A stretch of DNA of 63,212 nucleotides, the filler included, from Chiloscyllium plagiosum (taxonomy: Eukaryota), in NCBI RefSeq assembly GCF_004010195.1. It is 5 parts of one record of this genome, joined end to end, with 100 filler letters (N's around TTAATTAATTAA, not from the genome) between each part and the next. Parts side by side here need not be neighbours in the genome. Positions count along the whole stretch, not along the records: positions 1 to 29,408 come from NC_057713.1; 4 more parts are not named here. One strand, written 5' to 3'. The position numbers were made by a program, and so were the translations under genes. Position 1 is the stretch's first letter, and the number at the start of each line of letters is the position of its first letter. The notes beneath the pieces are model-generated. The model was not told the DNA's origin and ran no database searches. It saw only the letters and a list, made by a program, of their open reading frames with translations. Shown here one piece after another: positions 11,115 through 22,732 of the stretch.

Positions 11115-12576
11115 CATGACACCTTTTCCAAAAACAGCAGGAGAGCTATCCTCAATATCTGTCCCACAGTTAACATAAAGAAACAGGTTTGCTGGTCGTT
11201 ACCCCTTGCACAAATTGGTTGCCATGTTATGATGGTGACTACATATTAAAATATTTAATAAGCTGTAAAATATTTTGCAGTATCCTGAGATCCTGAACGA
11301 GACCCTATTTCTCACATTGTAAGATTTTGAGACCAGTAATAATTTTGCATGTAGAGCCAAAAGGCAGTTAGCATACAGGTCAGTTAAAAATTAAAGTTAA
11401 GTCACATTTGATTTTCACACAATCAAGTGAGTATAACATAGCAGGCTTTCAGCTGTCCTGTTCACCCTTTTTGTGGGGTTCCTTTATGATGAACTGTGTC
11501 AAAGTTAAAGGTGTCATTCCCCCATGACTTCCTAATAATGATATGAATCTGTAATTGAAACAAATGCTTGTTTAACTTCAAATCAGCATAATTTGTCAAA
11601 AGGAGTAGAACAGCTTTTTCAAAAAGATCACTCCCTGTCAGAAAGCCTAATGATGCCACCCAGCTCATTGTTGAGAAGGCATAAAATAGGATGGGTGACA
11701 GTTTATATCCTTAACTAACTTGATTGAATGATTTGATGAGGTTAATAGAGAGGGTTGATGAGGAACTTGGCAAGGATCCTTGATAAATTGCAACATAAGA
11801 GCCTTTAGAATAAATGGGACAGAGGCACCATGTACCAAGGTAGGTAAGTGATGGGAATCAGAGAGCAATCATAATTCTGACTGGAGGAAGGTATATAGCA
11901 GGCTTTCCCAGGGTCGGTATTAGGATCACGTCTTTTCCTGATCTAAAGTAAAGGCATAAAGTTGGGTGTACAGACACAATTTTAAAAACTGTGGATGATA
12001 CAAAGCTTGGAAATACTGTGAACTATGACGAGGATTGTGATAGTCTTCAAAGGGCTGTAGACAGACTAGTGGAATGAGCAGATATGTGAAATACAAAATT
12101 AAATGCAGAGAAGTATGAAGTGATACTTAAGGAAGAGGTAATATAAACCAAAGAGTACAAATTAAAAGGAGCAGGGGGACCTTGGGGTTATATGAATGCA
12201 GATTGCTGAAGGTGGCAGAATAATTTGGGAAGGTTATTAATAGGACATACCTAATCCTGGATGTTATACTTAGAGGCATACTGTGCAAAAACAAGAAAGT
12301 TTTGATGAACCTTTGGTCACAACTCAAGTATTGCTTCTGATTGTCACTACTACGCTGAAGAATATAGTGATGCCTCTAGCAGCAGATGGTAAGGGTGAAG
12401 GAAGGTACCGTGGAGGGGAGCCAGTTAGTCCCTTCCCGCCATTCCTGAAGGGAAGAAATGGATTGTTAGACCTGAAGCAGAGGGAAAGTCCTGCTGGAAA
12501 GAGAGAGAAGGATTATGATGAAGAACGCCTCAAACAAGATGGGCAACTGAAAATGTAAATACCATGTTTTTCTATT

Positions 12577-13168
12577 CAAAGTTTGTGCGAAGATTTGTAG
12601 CTCGGGTGCTCGTTGTTGTGGTTCTGTTCGCCGAGCGGGAAGTTTTTGTTGCAAACGTTTCGTCCCCTGGCTAGGCGACATCATCAGTGCTTGGGAGCCT
12701 CCTGCGAAGCGCTTCTTTGATGTTTCCTCCGGTGTTTATAGTGGTCTGTCCCTGCCGCTTCCGGTTGTCAGTTTCAGCTGTCCGCTGTAGTGGTTGGTAT
12801 ATTGGGTCCAGGTCGATGTGTTTGTTGATGGAGTTTGTGGATGAATGCCATGCCTCTAGGAATTCCCTGGCTGTTCTCTGTCTGGCTTGCCCTATGATAG
12901 TAGTGTTGCCCCAGTCAAATTTGTGTTCCGTGTTGTCTGCGTGTGTGGCTCCTAAGGATAGCTGGTCGTGTCGTTTCATGGCTAGTTGATGTTCATGGAT
13001 GCGGATTGTTAGCTGTCTTCCTGTTTGTACTATATAGTGTTTCTATAAACACCGGAGGAAACATCAAAGAAGCGCTTCGCAGGAGGCTCCCAAGCACTGA
13101 TGATGTCGCCTAGCCAGGGGACGAAACGTTTGCAACAAAAACTTCCAGCTCGGCGAACAGAACCACAA
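12577..13168 (-). mobile_element. Penelope-like element 3' end (GIY-YIG C-terminus) with inverted pLTR and 14-bp TSD
   Basis: Peptide FDWGNTTIIGQARQRTAREFLEAWHS..INKHIDLDPIY. 12614-12741 is inverted at 13043-13170. CATGTTTTTCTATT at 12563-12576 and 13169-13182. Confidence 0.88.
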
Positions 13169-14597
13169 CATGTTTTTCTATTTTTAGCCTTAATTTATTT
13201 TAATGTTTGTAAAGACTTGCTGCTGATGGAGTAAATAATCCGAATCATAACCTTCAGGCAGTCTGTATGCTTAAATCTCATAGAAAGGATGTGAAGACAG
13301 AGAGAGTGCACAAAAGATTCATGAGAATAGTTCCAGGTATGAGGGACTTCATTAGTTACTTGGATGAATGGATTGGGAAGCTGGATCTGCTCTTCAAAGG
13401 AAAAAGGTCATAGGGAGATTTGAAAGAATTACTCAAAGTCTTGAGTCTGGACAGAGTGCGTAGGAAGAAGCTGTTACCGTGGCTGGAAGGGTCAAGAAAC
13501 AGAGAATCTGAACTTACGAAACAACTAACAGCAACGTGAGGAAAAATATTTTTATATGACAGTAGATAACATTTGGAGTGTACTGCTTGAGAGTGTGGGG
13601 GAGGCTGTTGTAATCATAGCTTTCAGAAGGGTAAGCACCTGAAGAGAGGGAAAAAAAAAGTAGGTCCAAGAAAAATGCAGTGGAGTGGTACTCGATGAGT
13701 TGCTTAATCAGTGATCAAGTATAAACATAATGGCTGAATGGCCTCCCTGGCTAGATCATTCTATACTTCTCCATCAAATGAGATGGGTTCAGTGCGTTCC
13801 TGCTTACCCTTACACAAGTAGTCTGTGTATCTTGCAGGGCGTATTATGCTACACATGTTGCATTGACAGCCCATATAACACAGGTGTCATTGTGAATAGA
13901 AAATGATACAGATTTGGTTGCGTAAAACCAAAGCTTCCTTGCAAAAAGACCACACTGCTTGGATATAAGTTAATTTGTTTAATCACTGAAAGGGTTGGAA
14001 TTGGATTTCCTCTGTCACCTGGACACTCTGCAATGTGGTTGACTCTTTAACTACCTTCGGAAAAGATCTTGCAAGCCACTCCATTGTATCAAACCACTAA
14101 AAAGTCTCAAAACAAACCTGAATGGACTACATGCCATCGAATAAGGCATCCAGAATGACAACTGCAAACACAGCCTGCCAACCATTCAAAGTCTTTCCAA
14201 CCAATATCTGGGGATTGTTGCCAAAATTAGGAGGGCTGTCTCACAGATTAGTCAAGCAATAGTCTGACATTATCTGTAAGGTATGATTCTGAGTATGACA
14301 GTGTCCCAGACAAACCGTCAGTATCCCTGGGTATGGCCTGTCCCATAGCAGGACAGACCCAGCAGAGGTGGCAGGACAGTCAGGAGACAGTCAGGAGATA
14401 GTCTTGTGCTATCAGGTCAAACTCAACTAAAGAAACCTCTTGCTAATTACCATGTACTGCACTCACCACCACACCCCCACTCAGCTGACGAATCGAATGA
14501 ACACCATTTAGAGGAAGCACCGAGAGTGGCATAGGTACAGCATGTATTCAGGGTGGGGGACTTCAGTGTCTGTAACCAAGAGTGGCTCAGCAGCAGA

Positions 14598-14908
14598 ATT
14601 AGACTAGATTACATTACGGAAACAGGCCCTTCGGCCCAAGAAGTCCACACCAACCCGCCAAAGCGCAACCCACCCATACCCCTACATTTACCCCTTACCT
14701 AACACTACAGGCAATTTCGTGTAGCCAATTCACCTGACCTGCACATCTTTGGACTGTGGGAGGAAACCGGAGCACCCGGAGGAAACCCATGCAGACACGG
14801 GGAGAACGTGCAAACTCCACACAGTCAGTTGCCTGAGTCGGGAATTGAACCCGGGTCTCTGGCGCTGTGAGGCAGCAGTGCTAACCACTGTGCCACCGTG
14901 CCGCCCAC
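14598..14908 (-). mobile_element. HE1-like V-SINE
   Basis: Full-length reverse copy, highly similar to 53054-53365. Confidence 0.92.
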
Positions 14909-15760
14909 TAATGTTGCCTGAGGTGGAGAGTTTTAGTTATGATGGGAGATTGGATAGACTAGGGTTGCTTTCCTTGGAGCAGAGGAGACTGGGCGGAGGG
15001 ACATGATTGAGATACATAAAATTATCAGATGCATAGATAGGGTTAATAGGAAGGAACGTTTCCACATGGGATCAATGACTGGGGGCGTAGATTTAAAATA
15101 AGACGCAAGATCTTTAGATGAGATGTGAGGAGACAGTTTTTCAGGGTGGTAGGAATCTGGAACTCACTGCCTGTAAAGGTGGTAGAGGCAGAAACTTTAA
15201 CAACATTTAGGAAGTATTTAGATGTGCACTTGCAAAGCCAACGCATATAAGGCTATAGGCCAAGTGCTGGAAAATGGGATGAGAATAACTAGGTGCCTGT
15301 TTTTGACCAGTTCAGATTCAATAGGCCGAAGAATCTTTTCCTGTGCTGTACATCTCTATGACTTTAATTCTAAAAGACAAAGCTGTGAGACTGAGTCCTG
15401 CAACAGGAAGTGAGTGGATTGAATCATGACAGTTCCCAGGGTTCTTAGCATAGACATGGTCTAATGATTACAGTTAGAACATAGAACAGCACAGCACAGA
15501 ACAGGCCCTTCAGCCCATGATGTTGTGCCGACCATTGATCTTCATGTAAGATAAAAATAATGTACGAACCCTCAAATTTCTGTGACTTGTACGCTGATGA
15601 AATGGAATCTATTTCTGTTCATGGAGGCAGTTGTGTTCTGAAATAGTGCTCTCAAAGCGACATGTGTACAGTTTATTGTGCCCAATACTTGGGAAAAGCC
15701 AGCTACATAGGCAAAGCCAATTGTCTGGGCTGCAGCACTGACTTTGTCATGGGGAATTGG

Positions 15761-16328
15761 TCATAGAGATGTACAGCATGGAAACAGACCCTTTGGTCTA
15801 ACCCATCCATGCCGACCAGATTTCCCAACACAATCTAGTCCCACCTGCCAGCACCCGGCCCATATCCTTCTAAACTCTTCCTGTTCATATACCCATCCAA
15901 ATGCCTTTTAAATGTTGCAATTGTACCAGCCTCCACCACTTCCACTGGCAGGTCATTCCATACACGTACCACCGTCTGCGTGAAAAGGTTGCTCCTCAGG
16001 TCTCTTTTATATCTTTCCCCTCTCACCCTAAACCTTGACCCCAGGGAAAAGACTTTGTCTATTTATCCTATCCATGCCACTCATGATTTTGTAAACCTCT
16101 ATAAGGCCACCCCTCAGCCTCCGACACTCCAGGGAAAACCGCCCTAGCCTGTTCAGCCTCTCCCTATAGCTCAAATCCTCTAACCCTAGCAACATCCTTG
16201 TAAATCTTTTCTGAACCCTTTCAAGTTTCACAACATCTTTCTGATAGGAAGGAGACCAGAATTGCACGCAATATTCCAACAGTGGCCTAACCACTGTCCT
16301 GTAAAGCCGCAACATGACCTCCCAACTT
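15761..16328 (-). mobile_element. CR1 LINE 3' fragment
   Basis: Peptides LYRTVVRPLLEYCVQFWSP and RVWNDLP..FKRHLD. Confidence 0.9.
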
Positions 16329-16597
16329 GTGATTAAGTGAGGTGATTTTCTCAAAATTGCCTTGATAACAATCTTGATACGTTTCTGGGTTGAGGGTTGT
16401 GCTATCCCATACTGATCCCCAGTGTACTTTGACAGGAAGAATAAAGGAGCTGAATATTATTTAAATGGAGAAAGGCTGCAGACCACAAAGATCTGGGAGT
16501 CCTCCATGAATCACAAAATGTTAGCATACAAATTCAGTGGAAGATAAATGGAATGTTAGCTTTTATTTCAAAGGGACTGGAACATAAAAGTAGGAGG

Positions 16598-16709
16598 CGA
16601 AAGTGAAGACTGCAGATGCTGGAGATTAGAGTTGAGAGTGTGGTGCTGGAAAAGCACAGCAGGTGCCTGACCTGCTGTGCTTTTCCGTGCCTGACCTGCT
16701 GTGCTTTTC
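16598..16709. mobile_element. Short Penelope-derived fold-back insertion inside an older CR1, 15-bp TSD
   Basis: CATAAAAGTAGGAGG at 16583-16597 and 16710-16724. ggaaaagcacagcagg is followed by two inverted copies. Confidence 0.75.
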
Positions 16710-17580
16710 CATAAAAGTAGGAGGTTTTGCCAAAACTAAAGAAGGCATGAGTCAGACCACAGCTGGAATACTGTGAACAGTTTTTAGTTCCTTATCTAAG
16801 AAAGTATATATTGGAATTGGAAGCAGTCCAGTACAGAGGTGGAGGCACTGCCTTATGAGGAAAGGTTGCATAGGTTGGGCCTGCGCACATTGGAATTTAA
16901 GATGAAAGAGAGACAATCTTTTTGAAATGTACAGGATTCTTAGGGGACTTGGGGATTTGACAGGGTAGATGTGAAAAGGTTGTTTCTTCTTGTGGGTAAG
17001 TCTTCGGACCAGAGGGCATAAGGGATCACCCTTTTAAGACAGAGATGAAGAGGAATTACTTGGAGGGTAATGAATCTGCAGAACTCTTTAGTGTAGAGAG
17101 CTGGCGGGGCTGGATTGTATGTTCATGACTGAGTTGGACAAATTTTTAATCAGTGAGGGAATCAAGGGTGATGGGGAAGAGGCAAGAATTTTAGGTGGAG
17201 TTGATGATTATCAAGTCAGCTATGTCTCATTGAATGGCAGAGCAGATTTGTTGGACTGTAAGGCTGGTGTAAAGCAGAAGAAATTGATTGTTTCACTCGC
17301 TGCTGGGCAATGAAGAGAAAGAAAACGTTTCTGCAATAAGTTCATATGCTAGCCTAGACAGCAGCAAAGGCTTGCTTACTAGCTAAAACAGGAAGGTGAC
17401 TTTAACTGGCTTCACTGATACCAGAAAAACTGTCCTAATGCTGAAGGTTAACTCCAAACATCCTTGCAGAATATGGCAAAACTCAGTGACTGTGCTAATT
17501 TGGATGCAGAGACAGTTTTCTACATAGGTGTGCAGGACCTGCAAACACACTTGGCATAATCTTGGAAGGTTAAAATCAAC

Positions 17581-18993
17581 TAGGTGAAAGTGGGTGCTGC
17601 AGATTCTGGAGATTAGAGTAGTGCTGGAAAAGCAGAGCAGGTCAGGCAGCATCCAAGGAGCAGGAAAATCGACGTTTCGGACCAAAATCTGATGAAGGGC
17701 TTTGGCCCAAAACGTCAATTTACTTGCTCCTCGAATGCTACCTGACCTGCTCTGCTTTTCCAGCACTACTTGTTGTGAAACTTGAAAGGGTTCAGAAAAG
17801 ATTTACAAGGATGTTGCCAGGGTTGGAGGATTTGAGCTATAGGGAGAGGCTGAACAGGCTGGGGCTGTTTTCCCTGAAGCATCGGAGGCTGAGGGGTGAC
17901 TTTACAGAGGTTTATAAAATTGAGGGGCATAGAGTCTTAGAGATGTACAGCATGGAAACAGACCCTTCGGTCCAACCCGTCCATGCCGACCAGATATCCC
18001 AACCCAATCTAGTCCCACCTGCCAGCACCCGGCCCATATCCCTCAAAACCCTTCCTATTCATATACCCATCCAATTGCCGCTTAAATGTTGCAATTGTAC
18101 CAGCCTCCACCACTTCCTTCCTCTGGCAGCTCATTCCATACACGTACCACCCTCTGCGTGAAAAAGTTGCCTCTTAGGTCTCTCTTATATCTTTCCCCCT
18201 CACCCTAAACCTATGCCCTCTAGTTCTGAACTCCCCGACCCCAGGGAAAAGACTTTGTCTATTTATTTATCCATGCCCCTCATAATTTTGAAAACCTCTA
18301 TAAGGTCACCCCTCAGCCTCCGACGCTCCAGGGAAAACAGCCCCAGCCTGTTCAGCCTCTCTCTGTAGCTCAGATCCTCCAATCCTGGCAACATCCTTGT
18401 AAATCTTTTCTGAACCTTTTCAGGTTTCACAATATCTTTCCGATAGGAAGGAGACCAGAATTGCACGCAATATTCCAACAGTGGCCTAACCAATGTCCTG
18501 TACAGCTGCAACATGAGCCCCCAAATCCTGTACTCAATACTCTGACCAATAAAGGAAAGCATACCAAACGCCTTCTTCACATCCTATCTACCTGTGACTC
18601 CACTTTCAAGGAGCTATGAACCTGCACTCCAAGGTCTCTTTATGGATAGGATAAATAGACAAAGTCTTTTCCCTGGGGTGGAGGAGTCCAGAACTAGAGG
18701 GCATAGGTTTAGGCTGAGAGGGGAAAGATATAAAAGAGACCTAAAGGGCAACTTTTTCACACAGAGGGTGGTACGTGTATGGAATGAGCTGTCAGGGGAT
18801 GTGGTGGAGGCTGGTACAATTGCAACATTTAAAAGGCATTTGGATGGGTATATGAATAGGAAGTGTTTGGAGGGATATGGGCTGGGTGCTGGCAGGTGGG
18901 ACTAGATTGGGTTGGGATATCTGGTCGGCATGGACAGGTTTGACCGAAGGGTCTGTTTCCATGCTGTACATCTCTATGACTCTACTCTAATCT
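17581..18993. mobile_element. Nested structure: fold-back Penelope-derived element interrupted by a rearranged CR1 (+/-/+ segments)
   Basis: The 17610-17680 arm is inverted at 17710-17770 and completed by ctaatct at 18987. CR1 segments: 17771-17927 (+), 17927-18640 (-), 18641-18985 (+). Confidence 0.82.
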
Positions 18994-19122
18994 TGGCAAA
19001 ATGTTGGATGTGAGCAACACAAGCTCTGGCAATATGCTGTTTCATTCCCTAGCATGTAAAGTTTTAATAACCTGTGGTTGGGGGAAAATGAAACAAATCT
19101 TTACTTAAATATTATAATTGCC

Positions 19123-19801
19123 CAAAGTTTGTGAGAAGATTTGTAGCTCGGGTGCTCGTTGTGGTTCTGTTCGCCGAACTGGGAATTTGTGTTGCAAACG
19201 TTTCGTCCCCTGTCTAGGTGACATCCTCAGTGCTTGGGAGCCTCCTGTGAAGTGCTTCTGTGATGTTTCCTCCTGCATTTATAGTGATTTGTATCTGCCG
19301 CTTCCGGTTGTCAGTTCCAGCTGTCCGCTGCAGTGGCCGGTATATTGGGTCCAGGTCGATGTGCTTATTGATTGAATCTGTGGATGAGTGCCATGCCTCT
19401 AGGAATTCCCTGGCTGTTCTCTGTTTGGCTTGTCCTATAATAGTAGTGTCATACGACCAGCTATCCTTAGTAGCCACACACGCAATTGACAAGCAACATT
19501 AATTCGACTGGGACAACACTACTATTATAGGACAAGCCAAACAGAGAACAGCAGGGAGTTCATAGAGGCATGGCACTCATCCACAGATTCAATCAATAAG
19601 CACATCGACCTGGACCCAATATACCGACCACTGCAGCGGACAGCTGGAACTGACAACCGGAAGCGGCAGATACAAATTATTATAAATGCCGGAGGAAACA
19701 TCACAGAAGTGCTTCACAGGAGGCTCCCAAGCGCTGAGGATGTCACCTAGACAGGGGACGAAACGTCTGCAACACAAATTCCCAGCTCGGCGAACAGAAC
19801 C
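19123..19801. mobile_element. Penelope-like element with about 290-bp inverted arms and 12-bp TSD
   Basis: GIY-YIG C-terminal peptide TTIIGQAKQRTAREFLEAWHS. Arms at about 19161-19450 and 19512-19801. ATTATAATTGCC (19111-19122) / ATTATAACTGCC (19802-19813). Confidence 0.88.
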
Positions 19802-20351
19802 ATTATAACTGCCATTAAAATTTACCTTTAAGGACATTTTGTTTTCTCAACACTCCAGCACATAGCACTTTTTCAGTGCTTCTGAATATAATGTCCAGGG
19901 TTTAAGCTGGACAAACAGAAAAATGGAGACCACATTTTATTCCTATTTAGTTTCCATAATGAAACCTTTACTTTCTGTGTCTGAGTTCCCAATGCAGGTA
20001 TCGCACAATAGAAATGGGGATTCAGTGAAATTGCAAAATACCAATTACCGAGTCCTCATTCCCAAGATATCACTCAGAGAATCTTTCCCACCTGTTGGAA
20101 CTCCAGTGGTTGAAATTGTAATAACACAGATAATTACAATATATTTCATACAGACTCAAAAAGGTTAATTCAATGTGTGGACAGATACTAAATTCTGTTC
20201 TGACCAGGTCGTTGAGAAACATAAGAAAGGTATTTCTGGGCCACCTGAGTGTTTTGTGTAGCTGTTGCAATTAGTTCAGTCTATATTGCTCTGCCAAGTT
20301 TGGAACTCAATAATTAAGTGATGCAACCAAAACAGAAATAGGAGCACAAAC

Positions 20352-20384
20352 CTATTTAAACTCATGCCCTATGGTGTGACGTCA
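20352..20384 (+). promoter_or_regulatory. Candidate core promoter of the TCAP-like gene
   Basis: TATA-like CTATTTAAA (20352-20360) about 110 nt upstream of the ATG. Perfect CRE TGACGTCA at 20377-20384. Confidence 0.5.
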
Positions 20385-20466
20385 GCCAGCTAAGGCTTTT
20401 ACATCGAGTCACTCTTTAAGAACACACATAGGATCTTGCCTGTATTTCTGACGATACAGTTTAAAG

Positions 20467-20615
20467 ATGTTTTCAGTTTCTAAATTTAAGAGATTTAATG
20501 GTGGTTTACCCTCTGCTGCCCTAAGATGTGATATAAAGGAGGTCAATTCAGCAAACAAAGAGTATTTCACTGCTTGTTGGCAGGATCTGATGATGGTAAC
20601 GAAGGCACTGAGCAG
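20467..20615 (+). CDS. Telethonin (titin-cap)-like protein, exon 1
   Basis: MFSVSKFKRFNGGLPSAALRCDIKEVNSANKEYFTACWQDLMMVTKALS(R) aligns with human TCAP LSCEVSEENCERREAFWAEWKDLTLSTRPEEG. Phase-2 donor AG|GTATAG. Confidence 0.88.
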
Positions 20616-21613
20616 GTATAGGATTTTTTTCTAACAGGTTCTTTCAGTAGTGTTTTGCATTGTCAACATTGAGCAAGTTACATTTGATAGCGGACAACAG
20701 CAACTCCCTGTCAAAATCTTAACATTGTGTGTGACAGAGGGGACATTTCCTTTGGGGTAAGCAGCAGGAATTGTGAACATTTATGTTCTAGAGAACAGTT
20801 TGTTTTATCAAACGTGGCTCTTTTCCAGATTTGAGAGAGGATTTGCCTGTGTATTTTGTGTTGTGTACTATAAACCACTTTAGATTCTAATTTGCACTTA
20901 AAGAAATTAGATGTTAAATATCTTGAGAAATTTTGGACATACCTAATAACTTTGTTTATTTTGATTCTTAATTAAATGATTTACACTAATTTATTGTCAT
21001 TGAAAATAGATTGTTCCAATGGTGTGATTAGGAAAGAGAAATTACAGTAGAGATTGAACAGAATGGCAGGACGGGTGTCTGCTTTGCCAAGTCCCAGGGC
21101 CAGGGTTGCTTGAATATTTGAGATGGGGACACACGTCTGTAATGGTGCAAGAATACACCCTTATTCCATTCTGATAGGACGCATATAGGTCAAGGATTCC
21201 TTCATGATGTCAACTGGTCACAACAGTTCCCCGTCCTGTTCAGAACTAATCCATGTGTGGAACAGGTATTGGCAGCAACAAAATGGCTAGAATCAACAGT
21301 CAATTAGTAGTCTCAGTAATAAATGCTTCTTGCTATATATTTGTTTCCAATCCTAGAATGCTAAAAAATGTTCAGCACTTTGTTCTAATTAAAGGTTTTG
21401 AAGAAAGATTTTTGTGGAAGAGGATCTGATGATTGTAAATCAAGTTCCCCAAATGTAGCAGCATTAATCTTCTAAAAAAAAATCAATGAAATCTTGAAGT
21501 ACAACATGAATTTAAATGGATTTTAGTGCTTTCGGTTATTTGATATATTTTAGTTTGGACTTGTTTTGTCATATTTGTACGGGTCCATTAATACACCGTG
21601 TTTTATTTAACAG

Positions 21614-22043
21614 AAATGCTCTGACTGAAGATGATATCACTAGAAAAGAACACTATGGCCAGAACCAACAGGTCACATTCATTGTGCAGAATTCTCCTGA
21701 TCAGAAGATGAGGATAGGCAGACTTGGAGAGAAAGCAGTGGAGTATCAGCTCCCATATAAGAATGTCTTACCAGTACCAGTCTTTGTGCCATGCAAAATA
21801 AAGTCAGTCACCAAAGAAGACCTCAAGCCTGAGTTTTCTCTATCTCTAGAAGAATTGAGAGGAAAAGAGAGATTTGAAAGAGCACTAAACAACACGTGGT
21901 CATTCCCTGACAAGCAGCAAGTTTCAGTAATGGAAAAGGAGTTACCTCGCATTGTGCAGCCAGCAAGTGGGAACTTCAGGGCCTCGGCTCTTTTGTCTCC
22001 CCTGAATATATATTCACAGCCTGAAGCTGCTCACAGAGGCTGA
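21614..22043 (+). CDS. Telethonin (titin-cap)-like protein, exon 2 (192 aa in total)
   Basis: Acceptor ttttatttaacAG with matching phase. IVQNSPDQKMRIGRLGEKAVEYQLPYKNVLPVPVFVP vs TCAP LVQRSPWLMMRMGILGRGLQEYQLPYQRVLPLPIFTP. Ends EAAHRG vs EAQRG. Confidence 0.92.
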
Positions 22044-22313
22044 GTGTGGAGTAAACTGGAACGTGTTCACTTGCAAGAACAGTTAGTTTTAGGGCCTTAT
22101 AGTAAGATATGTTAATGAAAAGTTCTGCCATTTGAGCCATATTAGTTGGGTTATGTATTAGTTTTATTCCAATAGAGATTTTTTCATAGTTTGCCCATTG
22201 TATTTCAGCCGCAGGCAACAAATACCTTGACAATTATTGGTCCCACAAATTACTCCCACAGTTTGAATTTATGTTTCTAATGTTTGTTGTTTCTATTTTT
22301 AAAAATTAAGAGG

Positions 22314-22319
22314 AATAAA
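22314..22319 (+). terminator. Candidate polyadenylation signal of the TCAP-like gene
   Basis: First AATAAA I found downstream of the stop codon (about 270 nt). Confidence 0.45.
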
Positions 22320-22732
22320 GTCCAGGACCCTGTTTTGAGAAGTCAGAGCTGTCATTGTCAATGGAGCTTTCTACTCCAAGTGCACAGCATGTTCCATTGA
22401 GCTGATGAAGCTGCCAAAATCTGTGGTAAAATTGTATTCCTTATGTCTTTTACGTTAAACAGAAAGTTATAATAACACTATTGTACCCATCAGCTATCAT
22501 CTCAGTAAAATATGTAACACTCTTACTGGATGCCACTCACTTTCATGGTCCTCTGTTTGTCCTCAGAACAATCATAATATTCATTTAGTACATCTGCAGA
22601 ATAATCCATCACCTATCCTCAGAATTATCTTTGAAGCAATTTTTTGTAACACTTCTAAATTATATAATAGCCAACTAAATTATATAATATATATCCTGCT
22701 GTTATAATCCTGTAATATTTTCTCATAATGTA

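Noticed and set aside
21516..21613. Hydrophobic N-terminus of the 175-aa ORF (apparent signal peptide)
   Set aside because: It is translated intron; the real N-terminus is in exon 20467-20615.
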